This document shows, in pieces, positions 48,585 through 57,732 of a stretch of 64,000 nt of DNA. Each line of letters begins with the position of its first letter. Positions within the stretch are counted from its first letter, which is position 1. Source of the stretch: Syntrophorhabdaceae bacterium. Lineage in GTDB: Bacteria > Desulfobacterota > Syntrophorhabdia > Syntrophorhabdales > Syntrophorhabdaceae. The DNA lies in the NCBI GenBank assembly GCA_963666485.2, contig CAXXUO010000001.1, positions 384,001-448,000 on the forward strand, in the 5' to 3' direction. The translations under genes were made by a program, and so were the position numbers. The notes under the pieces were generated by a model. That model was not told the origin of the DNA, ran no database searches, and saw only the letters and a program-made list of their open reading frames with translations.

Positions 48585-49205
48585 TTAGTTTTCGGTTTCA
48601 GGTCTTTTTGAAACACCCACCCGGGATGGCCTGATCAGCCTGTCATTGAGCAGGTATCCCCTCTGGAGCTCCGAGACAACGGTATCAGGTTCGACATCGT
48701 CATGTTCCTCCTGGAACATGGCCTCATGATAATTGGGATCGAACTTCCGGCCCATCGCCTCGACCGGTTTTACGCCGGCCTTTTCAAGGACCTTGAGAAA
48801 TTCGCTCAATATCAATTTAACCCCGTCATGGATAGACTTGTAGTCCTCGGTTGACTCTGAATGTTTCAGTGCCAGCTCGAAATTGTCAAGAACGGGGAGA
48901 AGCTCCTTGATGAGCGTTTCATTCCCGAACTTCAGGGTATCCTGCTTCTCTTTTATCTTGATCTTCTTGAAATTCTCGAAATCGGCCTGCATGTAAAGAA
49001 TGCGGTCTTCGAGGGATTTTATCTTCGCATCTTTTTCCTCGATCTCCTTCCTTACCTCTTCGGGAAGATCCTCTTTTTTCTTCTTCTTTTTATGGTCTTC
49101 GTGTTTATGGTCTTCGTGCTTATGGTGATGACCTTTCTCCCCGGGCGCCTCTTCCGGCGTGTGTTCGTTCTGTTCAGCGTTCAGGTCTTTATTTTTTTCG
49201 TTCAT
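48585..49205 (-). CDS. grpE: Nucleotide exchange factor GrpE
   Basis: ADFENF, LLPVLDNFE, FDPNYHEA, GYLLNDRLIRP. Confidence 0.95.
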   Translation of the reverse strand: MNEKNKDLNAEQNEHTPEEAPGEKGHHHKHEDHKHEDHKKKKKKEDLPEEVRKEIEEKDAKIKSLEDRILYMQADFENFKKIKIKEKQDTLKFGNETLIKELLPVLDNFELALKHSESTEDYKSIHDGVKLILSEFLKVLEKAGVKPVEAMGRKFDPNYHEAMFQEEHDDVEPDTVVSELQRGYLLNDRLIRPSRVGVSKRPETEN

Positions 49206-49216
49206 TGCCAGATTCC

Positions 49217-50260
49217 TCACATTGTATTGAATAGATCCGTCACTGCCCGGGCAGTGTAGCCGACAATGGGGATAAGACGCGAATAGTCCATTCTCATAGG
49301 CCCTATGATGCCGAGAATCCCGTAGCTGTCACGATCGATCCTGTATGCGGACGCGATGATGCTCATTTCCTCCATGCCCTTCATGTCGTTCTCGCTTCCG
49401 AGAATAACATTTATGCCTTCCTTGCTCTGGTATTGATCGAGCAGGTGCATAAGCCGCTCCTTGTTCTCGAGGGCCTTGAACAGTTCCTTGAGTTTCTCGA
49501 CATCGGAAAACTCGGGGATGCCGATCATCTTCGATGCCCCTTCTATGTATACTTCACGCTCGTCTTCATCACCGACGAGCATGTCGAGGGTGTCCTGTAT
49601 CTTCTGGTACAGGTTCCGGAAGGTCTCCCTGTCCCTGTGAATGTCCTGAATGATGTGTTCTTTCATCACGTGAAAGGGCAAACCGGAGAACCGCTCGTTC
49701 ATATAGTGTTTCATATCGTCGAGCGTGCCCTGCTTGATATCTTCGCTCGTATCGACAAACCTCCTGTGCACCATCCCCGATGTGGTCACAAAAACGATGA
49801 GGATGGTGTACTGCGACATCCTGACAAACTCCACTTCCTTGAAGAGCATGGTCTCGACCCGCGGCTCTACCACGATGCTCGGAAATCGTGCGATGGCAGC
49901 GAGAATGCGCGAAGCGTCCGCCATCACCTCTTCGGTGTACGCATAGCGGATCCGCGACATGGTCTCGAGCGCCCTGAGCTCTTTCTTCCCGGGAAGGCCC
50001 GGGACGGGCAGGCTGTTGACGTAGTATCGAAAGGCCTTCGGCGTCGGAACGCGGCCTGCCACCGCGTGGGGCTTGTAGAGAAACCCCAGTTCCTCGAGTT
50101 CGCCCATGATGCTCCGGATCGTGGCCGAGCTCACTTTTTTCTTCATCAATTTTGCTATCGTTGTCGAGCCTACAGGCTCGGCATACACGATATAGTTCTC
50201 CACGATGAGCTCGAGGACAGACCTGTCTCGTTCATTCAAAATATCGCTCAACCCTTTCAT
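49217..50260 (-). CDS. hrcA: Heat-inducible transcription repressor HrcA
   Basis: EPVGS, SSATIR, GRVPT, GIIGPMRMDY. Confidence 0.95.
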   Translation of the reverse strand: MKGLSDILNERDRSVLELIVENYIVYAEPVGSTTIAKLMKKKVSSATIRSIMGELEELGFLYKPHAVAGRVPTPKAFRYYVNSLPVPGLPGKKELRALETMSRIRYAYTEEVMADASRILAAIARFPSIVVEPRVETMLFKEVEFVRMSQYTILIVFVTTSGMVHRRFVDTSEDIKQGTLDDMKHYMNERFSGLPFHVMKEHIIQDIHRDRETFRNLYQKIQDTLDMLVGDEDEREVYIEGASKMIGIPEFSDVEKLKELFKALENKERLMHLLDQYQSKEGINVILGSENDMKGMEEMSIIASAYRIDRDSYGILGIIGPMRMDYSRLIPIVGYTARAVTDLFNTM

Positions 50261-50339
50261 ACTGATACAATAAGTTAATTATCCCGGCTGTCTTTGTCAA
50301 GAAATTGGATTAAATACAACAAATTAAGGAATGAAGGCC

Positions 50340-50762
50340 TTACGCGGTTATCTCGAACGTCGACGTTTGCGAGCCCCGGAACGAACTTGCCTCGCTGTAC
50401 CTCTTCATGGCATACCGGTTGATCTGCACATCGTAGGGACCAAACGACCTCGTACTCTGAATGGTTTCGCTACTTAATGACATACCGGCAGCCGCGGCGG
50501 CAGGGTTCACATCGGGCAGTCCGGCGACGCCGGCTTCGGAGACAGGCATCCGGGCGGGTAACTGGTCCCCCTGCAAGGAGGTGTCGGACCGTTTCGACGA
50601 GATGGTGACCTGGTCCCCGCTAAATGCAACGACGAATGACGGGACGGTCTGTTGAGAAGCCCCTTCCTCGCGTTCGCGCCGGGATTGGGCGGTGCCCTGC
50701 GAACGGGACAGTACGGGCAGGCTATTTGCCGACCAGTCATCACGCGCAACTATACCGTTCAT
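50340..50762 (-). CDS. Hypothetical protein
   Basis: 140-aa ORF filling the intergenic gap, preceded by an extended -10 (TGtTACAAT). Confidence 0.5.
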   Translation of the reverse strand: MNGIVARDDWSANSLPVLSRSQGTAQSRREREEGASQQTVPSFVVAFSGDQVTISSKRSDTSLQGDQLPARMPVSEAGVAGLPDVNPAAAAAGMSLSSETIQSTRSFGPYDVQINRYAMKRYSEASSFRGSQTSTFEITA

Positions 50763-50881
50763 TTCCAAAATTGTAACACGTATTACATATGAATACCAGA
50801 AAAATATAATATTGTACCCTGACAAAGTCATGTCCGGTGCGTTGTTCTTGACTTTCGGATGCCCATGAAGTATCTGATTTC

Positions 50882-51712
50882 ATGCCTCCGACGGATCAGA
50901 GTAAGAAATTTGTAAACCTTGCGGGGGATGCCTACGCCTATATCGTCCGTGACCAGAAGGTTCTCGTCGATCACGCGGGCGCCAGGCCTGCAATTCCCCG
51001 CGCCCGGGCGGTTGCCGGATTGGGCATTGATGCCTTTGACGGTTACAATATCGGCATGCGCGATGGCGCGGCCTGTTACGCATACAGCGTACCTGCTGCT
51101 GTCGAAGCCCCTCCGGGGATGACTTTTACCGGCCTTCGGCGGTCGTTCGGCGTCCTCGACCCGGAAGATTATGCCATGGCCGTAAAGGCCATGGGGATAC
51201 TGAACTGGGACAGGACGTGCCGGTTCTGCACTTCCTGCGGCTCAAAACTGGCACGCCTCCCCGATATGTTCGCGAAGCGCTGCGAAGCGTGCGGATTTAC
51301 GATGTTCCCGAAGATTTCCCCTGCCGTGATCGTGGCGGTTGAGAGAGGCGACACCCTCCTTCTCGCCCGTGCCAGCCGGTTCGCCGAGAATTTGTACAGC
51401 GTCCTCGCCGGTTTTACGGAACCCGGCGAATCGCTCGAGGACACGGTCCGGCGGGAAATAAAGGAAGAGGTCGGCATAGAGGTCAAGAACATCCGGTATT
51501 TCGGGAGTCAGCCCTGGCCCTACCCCGACTCGCTCATGATCGGCTTCACCGCCGAATGGGCCTCGGGCGAGATCGCGATAGACGATGATGAGATCAACGA
51601 CGCGCGATGGTTCACCGTTGAAGATATGCCGCTTATACCGGATAAAGTGAGCATTGCCAGGGAATTGATTGATAATTTCATAAAAAAACAGGCGATAGGC
51701 GATAGGCGATAG
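50882..51712 (+). CDS. nudC: NAD(H) diphosphatase
   Basis: CxxC..CxxC, Nudix box AGF.EPGESLE...REIKEEVG, SQPWPYP. Confidence 0.95.
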   Translation: MPPTDQSKKFVNLAGDAYAYIVRDQKVLVDHAGARPAIPRARAVAGLGIDAFDGYNIGMRDGAACYAYSVPAAVEAPPGMTFTGLRRSFGVLDPEDYAMAVKAMGILNWDRTCRFCTSCGSKLARLPDMFAKRCEACGFTMFPKISPAVIVAVERGDTLLLARASRFAENLYSVLAGFTEPGESLEDTVRREIKEEVGIEVKNIRYFGSQPWPYPDSLMIGFTAEWASGEIAIDDDEINDARWFTVEDMPLIPDKVSIARELIDNFIKKQAIGDRR

Positions 51713-51778
51713 GCGATGGGTAACAGGATCCGGTCCGTCGGTTTTTGTTTTTCCCATTGCCTATTGCCCCTATTATCT

Positions 51779-52738
51779 ATGAAAGCCATACTTTTTGACG
51801 GACAATTAAGGGTTGTTGACGTTCCGAAACCGGTCCCCGCTCCCGGCGAAGCGCTTATCCGGGTCACCATGGCCGGGATTTGCAATACGGACCTCGAGAT
51901 CATGAAGGGCTACCTCGGGTTCCAGGGTATAATCGGGCACGAATTTACGGGGGTTGTCGAGGCAACGGCCGGGGACGCTGCGAACATGACGGGTAAACGG
52001 GTCGTCGGCGAGATCAACTGCGGCTGCGGCGTCTGCGACCTGTGTTTAAGCGGACTTGGCAAGCACTGCCCCCGGAGGACAACGCTCGGCATCTCGGGGA
52101 GGCAGGGCGCTTTTGCTGAATATACGACCCTCCCCGCGGAAAACCTTCATGAGATACCCGATAGTCTCAGCGATGAACAGGCCGTCTTCACGGAACCGCT
52201 GGCTGCCGCATTCGAGATACTCGAGCAGGTCGCGGTCGGGCGCGGACAGCGTGTGCTCGTACTCGGCGATGGAAAGCTGGGCATCCTGTGTGCGCTGACG
52301 CTGAACTTGACCGGTGCCGATGTCTCACTTGCCGGCAGGCATCCGGGTAAACTGGCCATAGCGGCCGGCCAGGGCATATCCGCCCGTCTCGTGAATGATA
52401 TGCCGGAAGAAAGCATATTCGATGTTGTCGTAGAGGCAACGGGCAGCACACAAGGTCTCGAAAGTGCAATTACATACACGCGGCCCCGCGGGACGATAAT
52501 CCTCAAAAGCACCGTGGCCGACAGCCGCCCGGTCGACCTTGCCCCCATCGTCATCAACGAGATCACCGTCATCGGATCGCGCTGCGGCCCGTTCGAGCCG
52601 GCCATCCGGGCGCTTGTGGACGGATCGATCGATGTCAGGCCCCTTATCACGGCCCGCTACCCGGCGGCAGATGCCATGAAAGCTTTTTCGGCAGCCCGGG
52701 ATAGGTACAGCCTCAAGGTCCTTATCGATTTCAGGTAA
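51779..52738 (+). CDS. Zinc-dependent (MDR) alcohol dehydrogenase family protein
   Basis: GICNTD, GHEFTG, CGVCDLC..HC, LGDGKLG. Confidence 0.92.
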   Translation: MKAILFDGQLRVVDVPKPVPAPGEALIRVTMAGICNTDLEIMKGYLGFQGIIGHEFTGVVEATAGDAANMTGKRVVGEINCGCGVCDLCLSGLGKHCPRRTTLGISGRQGAFAEYTTLPAENLHEIPDSLSDEQAVFTEPLAAAFEILEQVAVGRGQRVLVLGDGKLGILCALTLNLTGADVSLAGRHPGKLAIAAGQGISARLVNDMPEESIFDVVVEATGSTQGLESAITYTRPRGTIILKSTVADSRPVDLAPIVINEITVIGSRCGPFEPAIRALVDGSIDVRPLITARYPAADAMKAFSAARDRYSLKVLIDFR

Positions 52739-52816
52739 CCCACGTCACATCTTTCATTCCAGCCCTTAAAACGGTATATTTATGTACGATACAAAGGCGC
52801 TATTACAGGAGAAGCC

Positions 52817-53509
52817 GTGACATCTTCGATTCGCACATACGATCTCTGGAAAGAATACGAGACAGGGGGGCACGACGGGATCGCGCTGAGGGGAATAGAT
52901 CTCGACATCGCCCGGGGGCAGATCATTGCACTCCTCGGGAAGAGCGGCTCGGGCAAGACGACGCTCCTCAATCTCCTTGCCGGCCTCGACGAACCGACGC
53001 GGGGACGTGTCGAAATAGACGGGATGGACCTCAAGGGCCTCGGGGAAAAAGGCCGGACAGAGCTGCGCCGCAACAAGCTCGGTTTCGTCTTCCAGTTCTT
53101 CAACCTGCTTCCCACGCTGACTGCCATAGAGAACGTCACGCTCGCGCTCGAACTCGCGGGGAAACCCGATGAGAGGCGCGCCCGGGAGTCGATCGCACTC
53201 GTCGGCCTTGCCGGCAAGGAAGACCGCTATCCCCATGAGCTCTCCGGCGGCGAGCAGCAGCGCATCGCGATCGCCCGCGCCCTTGTGAAAAACCCCCCGA
53301 TCATCCTTGCTGACGAACCGACGGGAAACCTCGATTCGCACACGGGGACGCAGATCCTGGAGCTGCTCACCGGCCGCTGCCGCGAATCCGGCACCACGCT
53401 CGTCATGGTAAGCCATTCCCTGAAGACCTGCGAATATGCCGACCGCATCCTGCGCATGCTTGACGGCCGGATCTTCGAAGAGGAATCCTGCGAGGGCCTG
53501 GCCCCTTGA
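52817..53509 (+). CDS. ABC transporter ATP-binding protein (LolD/AttE-like)
   Basis: GKSGSGKT, LSGGEQQR, ADEPTGNLD. Confidence 0.95.
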   Translation: MTSSIRTYDLWKEYETGGHDGIALRGIDLDIARGQIIALLGKSGSGKTTLLNLLAGLDEPTRGRVEIDGMDLKGLGEKGRTELRRNKLGFVFQFFNLLPTLTAIENVTLALELAGKPDERRARESIALVGLAGKEDRYPHELSGGEQQRIAIARALVKNPPIILADEPTGNLDSHTGTQILELLTGRCRESGTTLVMVSHSLKTCEYADRILRMLDGRIFEEESCEGLAP

Positions 53510-55995
53510 AAAGAGTGCTGCGCTCCTTCCTTCGGTACCTGGCACGGCGCAAGAGCCTCGCCATCCTCCAGCTTCTCGGCATTGCCTTCGGCGTGGCCGC
53601 GGCTGTCGGGATGACCCTTGCCTCCCGGTCGGCCCTCGAAAGCATGGAGAATGCCGTCGACTTTTTGAAGGGGGGGTCGACGCATACGATAGCGCGCCCG
53701 GCAGGCCCGATGGAAGAGGGAATGCTTGTCAAACTCATGCGGGACCCGGCAGTCAAGTACTTTGCGCCTGTCATCGACAGGAAGGTGCGGCTCCCGTCGG
53801 GAGACCAGATACGGCTCCTCGGCCTCGACCCGTTCCTCGATAAGAATGTCCGTTCAATAACAGCACAGATCGCAGCTTCGGCAAATTCAACAGGCCGTGA
53901 CGCAGCTTTCACGTCATTTGTGCTCGATCCCCGCACAATACTCGTTGATGACAGCGTGGCAAAGACGGCACATATCAGTGCAGGACAGGACCTTATAACA
54001 ACACAGGGCCCTCTCAAGGTGGTACAGGTCTTTGGCAACGCGTCCGGGGAACCGCTCGTGATCATGGATATAGGGTATGCCCAGGATTTTTTCCGCATGG
54101 CAGGGTATATCGACAGGGCCGACCTCGTCGTAACGGATGAAGAAGGTCTGCGGCAGCGCTGGTCGCATGGTTTTGTCATCGAATCCAACCAGCAGAAGGC
54201 GCAGACATTATCTTCCCTGCTCGGGGCATTCAAGCTGAACCTCCAGGCATTGTCCCTTCTAGGCCTTTTTGTCGGCATCTTCCTCATATATAACACGGCA
54301 ATGTTCACCGTGGTCTCGAGGCGCAGGGACGCCGGGATACTGCTCTCCATCGGGGCTTCCCGGGGGCAGGTGACCGTGGCCTTCCTCGTCGAGATCCTCG
54401 TGCTCGGCGTCACGGGAGGGGCGCTTGGCGGGATAATGGGGTATTTCCTGAGCAAGTTCCTCGTTCAGATAGTGGGCAGCACCATCAGCAGCCTCTATTT
54501 TTTCCTGCAACCCTCGGCCCTCCCCTTCACATCCTGGAATGTCACCGGGGGGATATTGCTGGGATGCGCGGCCAGCATCGTGGGGTCACTGCCGCCCCTT
54601 ATCGAGCTTCGCCGCATCCAGCCGGTCCTCGTATTGCGGGGCAGGACCGCTTCGCGCTCGGCATCGAAGAGGATGAAGGTTATCGGGATGGCCGGGGTCT
54701 TTTGCCTTGCCCTCGCGCTGACCCTGTTCCTTTTGTCATTTCTCAATGTCTATATAGGTTTCGCCGGTGCTTTCGCATTTCTCTTAAGCGCCAGCCTCTT
54801 TGCCGGTTTTGCGATAATAGCGGGCGTGCCTTTCCTGAAACGGCTTTTCGCACGCGTGATCGGCCTCGCGGGCAAGATAGCCATCGGCAACATCCGGGAA
54901 AACCTGGGAAGGACATCCGTCGCCGTCGCCGCGTTCATGATAGCCCTGTCCATGTCGATCGGCCTGTCATCGATGATAGACAGCTTCCGCCACTCGCTCA
55001 TATGGTGGATGAACGGCCAGCTTCGCGCTGAGGCATACATATCGACAAAGGCTGACGTGACGGTGCCGCTCGAGGCGTACGATGAATTGAAGAAGATCCC
55101 CGGTATCAGCGGCATAGACGTTTTTCGCAATGTATCCATATCATTTCAAGGGAAACCGGCCGGCATAACGTCGATCGATGCCGCCGTGCTTCAAAAATAT
55201 TCAAAGTTCTCGTGGCTCGAAGGCTCGGACAGGTCCTGGGATGACGTCAGGCGCGGCGATGTGATCATATCGGAAAGTTTCAGCTTGAGGTTCAAGGTAA
55301 AAACCGGTGACAGGATCACGATCGATACGTCCCGGGGCCCGGCGACGCTCCGGGTGGCCGGGGTCTATTACGATTACGCCTCGGAGCACGGCGTCATCAT
55401 GATAGACCGGTCGTTGTACATCAAGCTCTTCAATGACAGCACGATAAACAGCCTGGGTGTCTTTATCGACGCCCCGGAACCCGAAAAGGCACAGATCCTG
55501 GAGAAAGCCCGTCAGCTCGCCCATAAATACGGCCTGCCCTTCTTTCCCCGCGGGCAATTCCACAACCGTATCCTCGGCATCTTCGACAGCACGTTCGCCG
55601 TGACGCAGTCCATGCGTATCATAGCGGTCATCGTGGCATTTTTCGGGATAGCGGGAGCGTTGATGACCCTTTTCGTCGAGCGCCAGAAAGAGTTCGGCAT
55701 ATACCGCGCCCTCGGGTTTACCACGGGTGATGTCGCAAAGATAACGGTCGCGGAAAGCATCGGGCTCGGGCTCATCAGCTTTTTCATGAGCACTGTCGTC
55801 GGGACGGTCTTTGCCTTCATCCTCATCCGGGTGATAAACCGCCAGAGCTTCAACTGGACCATCTTCTATCATTTCACGGCCCAGCCCTACCTGGTAACGT
55901 TCCTGACCGCCGTCGCGGCAAGTGTAGCGGCGTGCGCGTACCCTTTGTGGTCTGTGATCAGGAAATACCCGATAATGCAGATAAGGGAAGAATAG
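53506..55995 (+). CDS. ABC transporter permease, double FtsX/MacB-like (AttFG-like)
   Basis: Two FtsX-type repeats (RRRDAGILLSIGA; RQKEFGIYRALG). Confidence 0.92.
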   Translation: MKRVLRSFLRYLARRKSLAILQLLGIAFGVAAAVGMTLASRSALESMENAVDFLKGGSTHTIARPAGPMEEGMLVKLMRDPAVKYFAPVIDRKVRLPSGDQIRLLGLDPFLDKNVRSITAQIAASANSTGRDAAFTSFVLDPRTILVDDSVAKTAHISAGQDLITTQGPLKVVQVFGNASGEPLVIMDIGYAQDFFRMAGYIDRADLVVTDEEGLRQRWSHGFVIESNQQKAQTLSSLLGAFKLNLQALSLLGLFVGIFLIYNTAMFTVVSRRRDAGILLSIGASRGQVTVAFLVEILVLGVTGGALGGIMGYFLSKFLVQIVGSTISSLYFFLQPSALPFTSWNVTGGILLGCAASIVGSLPPLIELRRIQPVLVLRGRTASRSASKRMKVIGMAGVFCLALALTLFLLSFLNVYIGFAGAFAFLLSASLFAGFAIIAGVPFLKRLFARVIGLAGKIAIGNIRENLGRTSVAVAAFMIALSMSIGLSSMIDSFRHSLIWWMNGQLRAEAYISTKADVTVPLEAYDELKKIPGISGIDVFRNVSISFQGKPAGITSIDAAVLQKYSKFSWLEGSDRSWDDVRRGDVIISESFSLRFKVKTGDRITIDTSRGPATLRVAGVYYDYASEHGVIMIDRSLYIKLFNDSTINSLGVFIDAPEPEKAQILEKARQLAHKYGLPFFPRGQFHNRILGIFDSTFAVTQSMRIIAVIVAFFGIAGALMTLFVERQKEFGIYRALGFTTGDVAKITVAESIGLGLISFFMSTVVGTVFAFILIRVINRQSFNWTIFYHFTAQPYLVTFLTAVAASVAACAYPLWSVIRKYPIMQIREE

Positions 55996-57161
55996 TGAAA
56001 AAAAGGTTCAAGGTTCAAGGTTCAAGGTTCAACGGTAAAAAATGGTTCCACGTTCCACGTTCCACGTTCCACGTTATTCTCTTTTGTCTTGTCATGGTGG
56101 TACCGGTAGGGGTGGCGTACGGAGGGGAGTGGAAGAAGGCGGAGGGGGTGAGGCAGTGGTCTTTTCCGAGAGACCATGGGAGCCATCCTGAGTACAGGAC
56201 GGAGTGGTGGTATTTCACGGGGAACCTCGCGGATGCGGCGGGAAGGAAATACGGGTACCAGCTGACATTTTTCCGGTATGGATTGGCCCTCAAGCCCCGG
56301 GATCCCGGGAACCCCTGGTCGGTGCGGGATATTTATCTCGTCCATTTCGCAATGACCGATGCATCGAATAACACGTTCCGTTATACGGACCGGGTTTCAC
56401 GCAAGGGGCCGGGGCTCGCGAGTGCGGATGAACGGAAAATGAACGTCGATGTTCTCGGCTGGTCGGCCGTCATGGATAAAAATCTTATACGGCTTAAAGC
56501 AGCCTTCGAGGGGATGGAGATAAAGCTGGACCTCATCCCGGTAAAAGCGCCGGTGCTGCACGGCCGGCAGGGCTTGAGCAAAAAAGGGCCAATGCCCGGC
56601 CAGGCATCATATTACTATTCGTTCACAGACCTGAAAACAGCGGGATCTATCAAGCTGCCGGGCATTCAGGGTGAAACTGCCGTCACCGGTACGAGCTGGT
56701 TCGACCAGGAGTTCGGCTCAAACCAGCTTTCCGCCGACCAGGCGGGGTGGGACTGGTTCGCCCTGCACTTAAGCGACGGGCGAGACCTCATGATCTATAA
56801 ACTTCGCAAAAAGGACGGGGCAGTCGAGAAAGAATCCTCCGGGACACTCGTCGAGCCGGACGGTACATCACGCACGGTTGTCCTTTCCGACATGACCACG
56901 GATATCCTCGGATACTGGAAGAGCCCGAAAACGAAAGGAAAATACCCGGCCGTCTGGCGCATCCGGGTCCCTTCCGCGCATATTGACGTTACGGTAAAAC
57001 CCATCGTGGCCGGCCAGGAACTGGCCAATACCGTGTCCTCCGGGATCACTTACTGGGAAGGCGCGGTCGAAGGTACGGGAGCCTCGAGAGGAAAGGAAGT
57101 TAAAGTGCAGGGATATGTCGAACTGACCGGGTATGCCGGCTCCATAGGAGGGACGTTTTAA
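55995..57161 (+). CDS. AttH/CrtC-like lipocalin-fold secreted protein
   Basis: FPRDHGSHP..TEWWYFTGNL, SYYYS, WFDQEF, GWDWF, YWEG, GYVELTGY; GTG start overlaps permease stop. Confidence 0.88.
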   Translation: MKKRFKVQGSRFNGKKWFHVPRSTFHVILFCLVMVVPVGVAYGGEWKKAEGVRQWSFPRDHGSHPEYRTEWWYFTGNLADAAGRKYGYQLTFFRYGLALKPRDPGNPWSVRDIYLVHFAMTDASNNTFRYTDRVSRKGPGLASADERKMNVDVLGWSAVMDKNLIRLKAAFEGMEIKLDLIPVKAPVLHGRQGLSKKGPMPGQASYYYSFTDLKTAGSIKLPGIQGETAVTGTSWFDQEFGSNQLSADQAGWDWFALHLSDGRDLMIYKLRKKDGAVEKESSGTLVEPDGTSRTVVLSDMTTDILGYWKSPKTKGKYPAVWRIRVPSAHIDVTVKPIVAGQELANTVSSGITYWEGAVEGTGASRGKEVKVQGYVELTGYAGSIGGTF

Positions 57162-57264
57162 TTCCGGGAATAAGGTGTAAATTCAATCATTCTCTACAAT
57201 AATCACCTATGATGCATGACTTCATCGTGAGCCCGAACCTGCAATAATCTGCCGCAGGAGGTGC

Positions 57265-57405
57265 ATGATGAAAAAATTCTTTTTTGTCCTCGTTCTATTA
57301 TTGGCATTGTTTTTTTGCGTTAATACCGCAAAAGCCGATTGCTGGTTCGACCTGTTTTGCATCGTTTGCGATGACGGGACTTTTATTTGCGATGACCCTT
57401 TTTGA
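57265..57405 (+). CDS. Small secreted Cys-rich peptide (46 aa, below ORF-track cutoff)
   Basis: SD AGGAGG; MMKKFFFVLVLLLALFFCVNTAKA-DCWFDLFCIVCDDGTFICDDPF*. Confidence 0.7.
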   Translation: MMKKFFFVLVLLLALFFCVNTAKADCWFDLFCIVCDDGTFICDDPF

Positions 57406-57732
57406 AAAGTGTCCGGTTTTCTCCGGGCCCTATATGTTATTCCGCAGCATGAGTTCCACCGGTGGGGGGTTGCGATAATACCGGTTCTTCAGATAGGGGT
57501 GGCCATATTTGACGACACCCTTATTGTGCTGCTGGAAATGTTTTTTTGTGTCGATACCGCAAAAGCCGATAGTCTGTTTTGCATCGTTCTTGAGGACGGG
57601 ACTGTTATTTGCGATTGAAAAGTGCCTGGTTTTTGCTCCGGGACCCTATATGTTGTTCCGGAGCATGAGTTCCACCGGGTGGGGGTTGAGATAATACTGG
57701 TTCTTCAGATAGGGGTGGTCATACTTGAGGAC
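57296..57732. repeat. Diverged tandem duplication (about 215-bp unit)
   Basis: 57403-57516 aligns with 57616-57732; 57310-57405 aligns with 57540-57618. Confidence 0.9.

Noticed and set aside
57403..57732. DGR template/variable repeat pair
   Set aside because: Mismatches are not adenine-specific on either strand, and there is no reverse transcriptase in the window.
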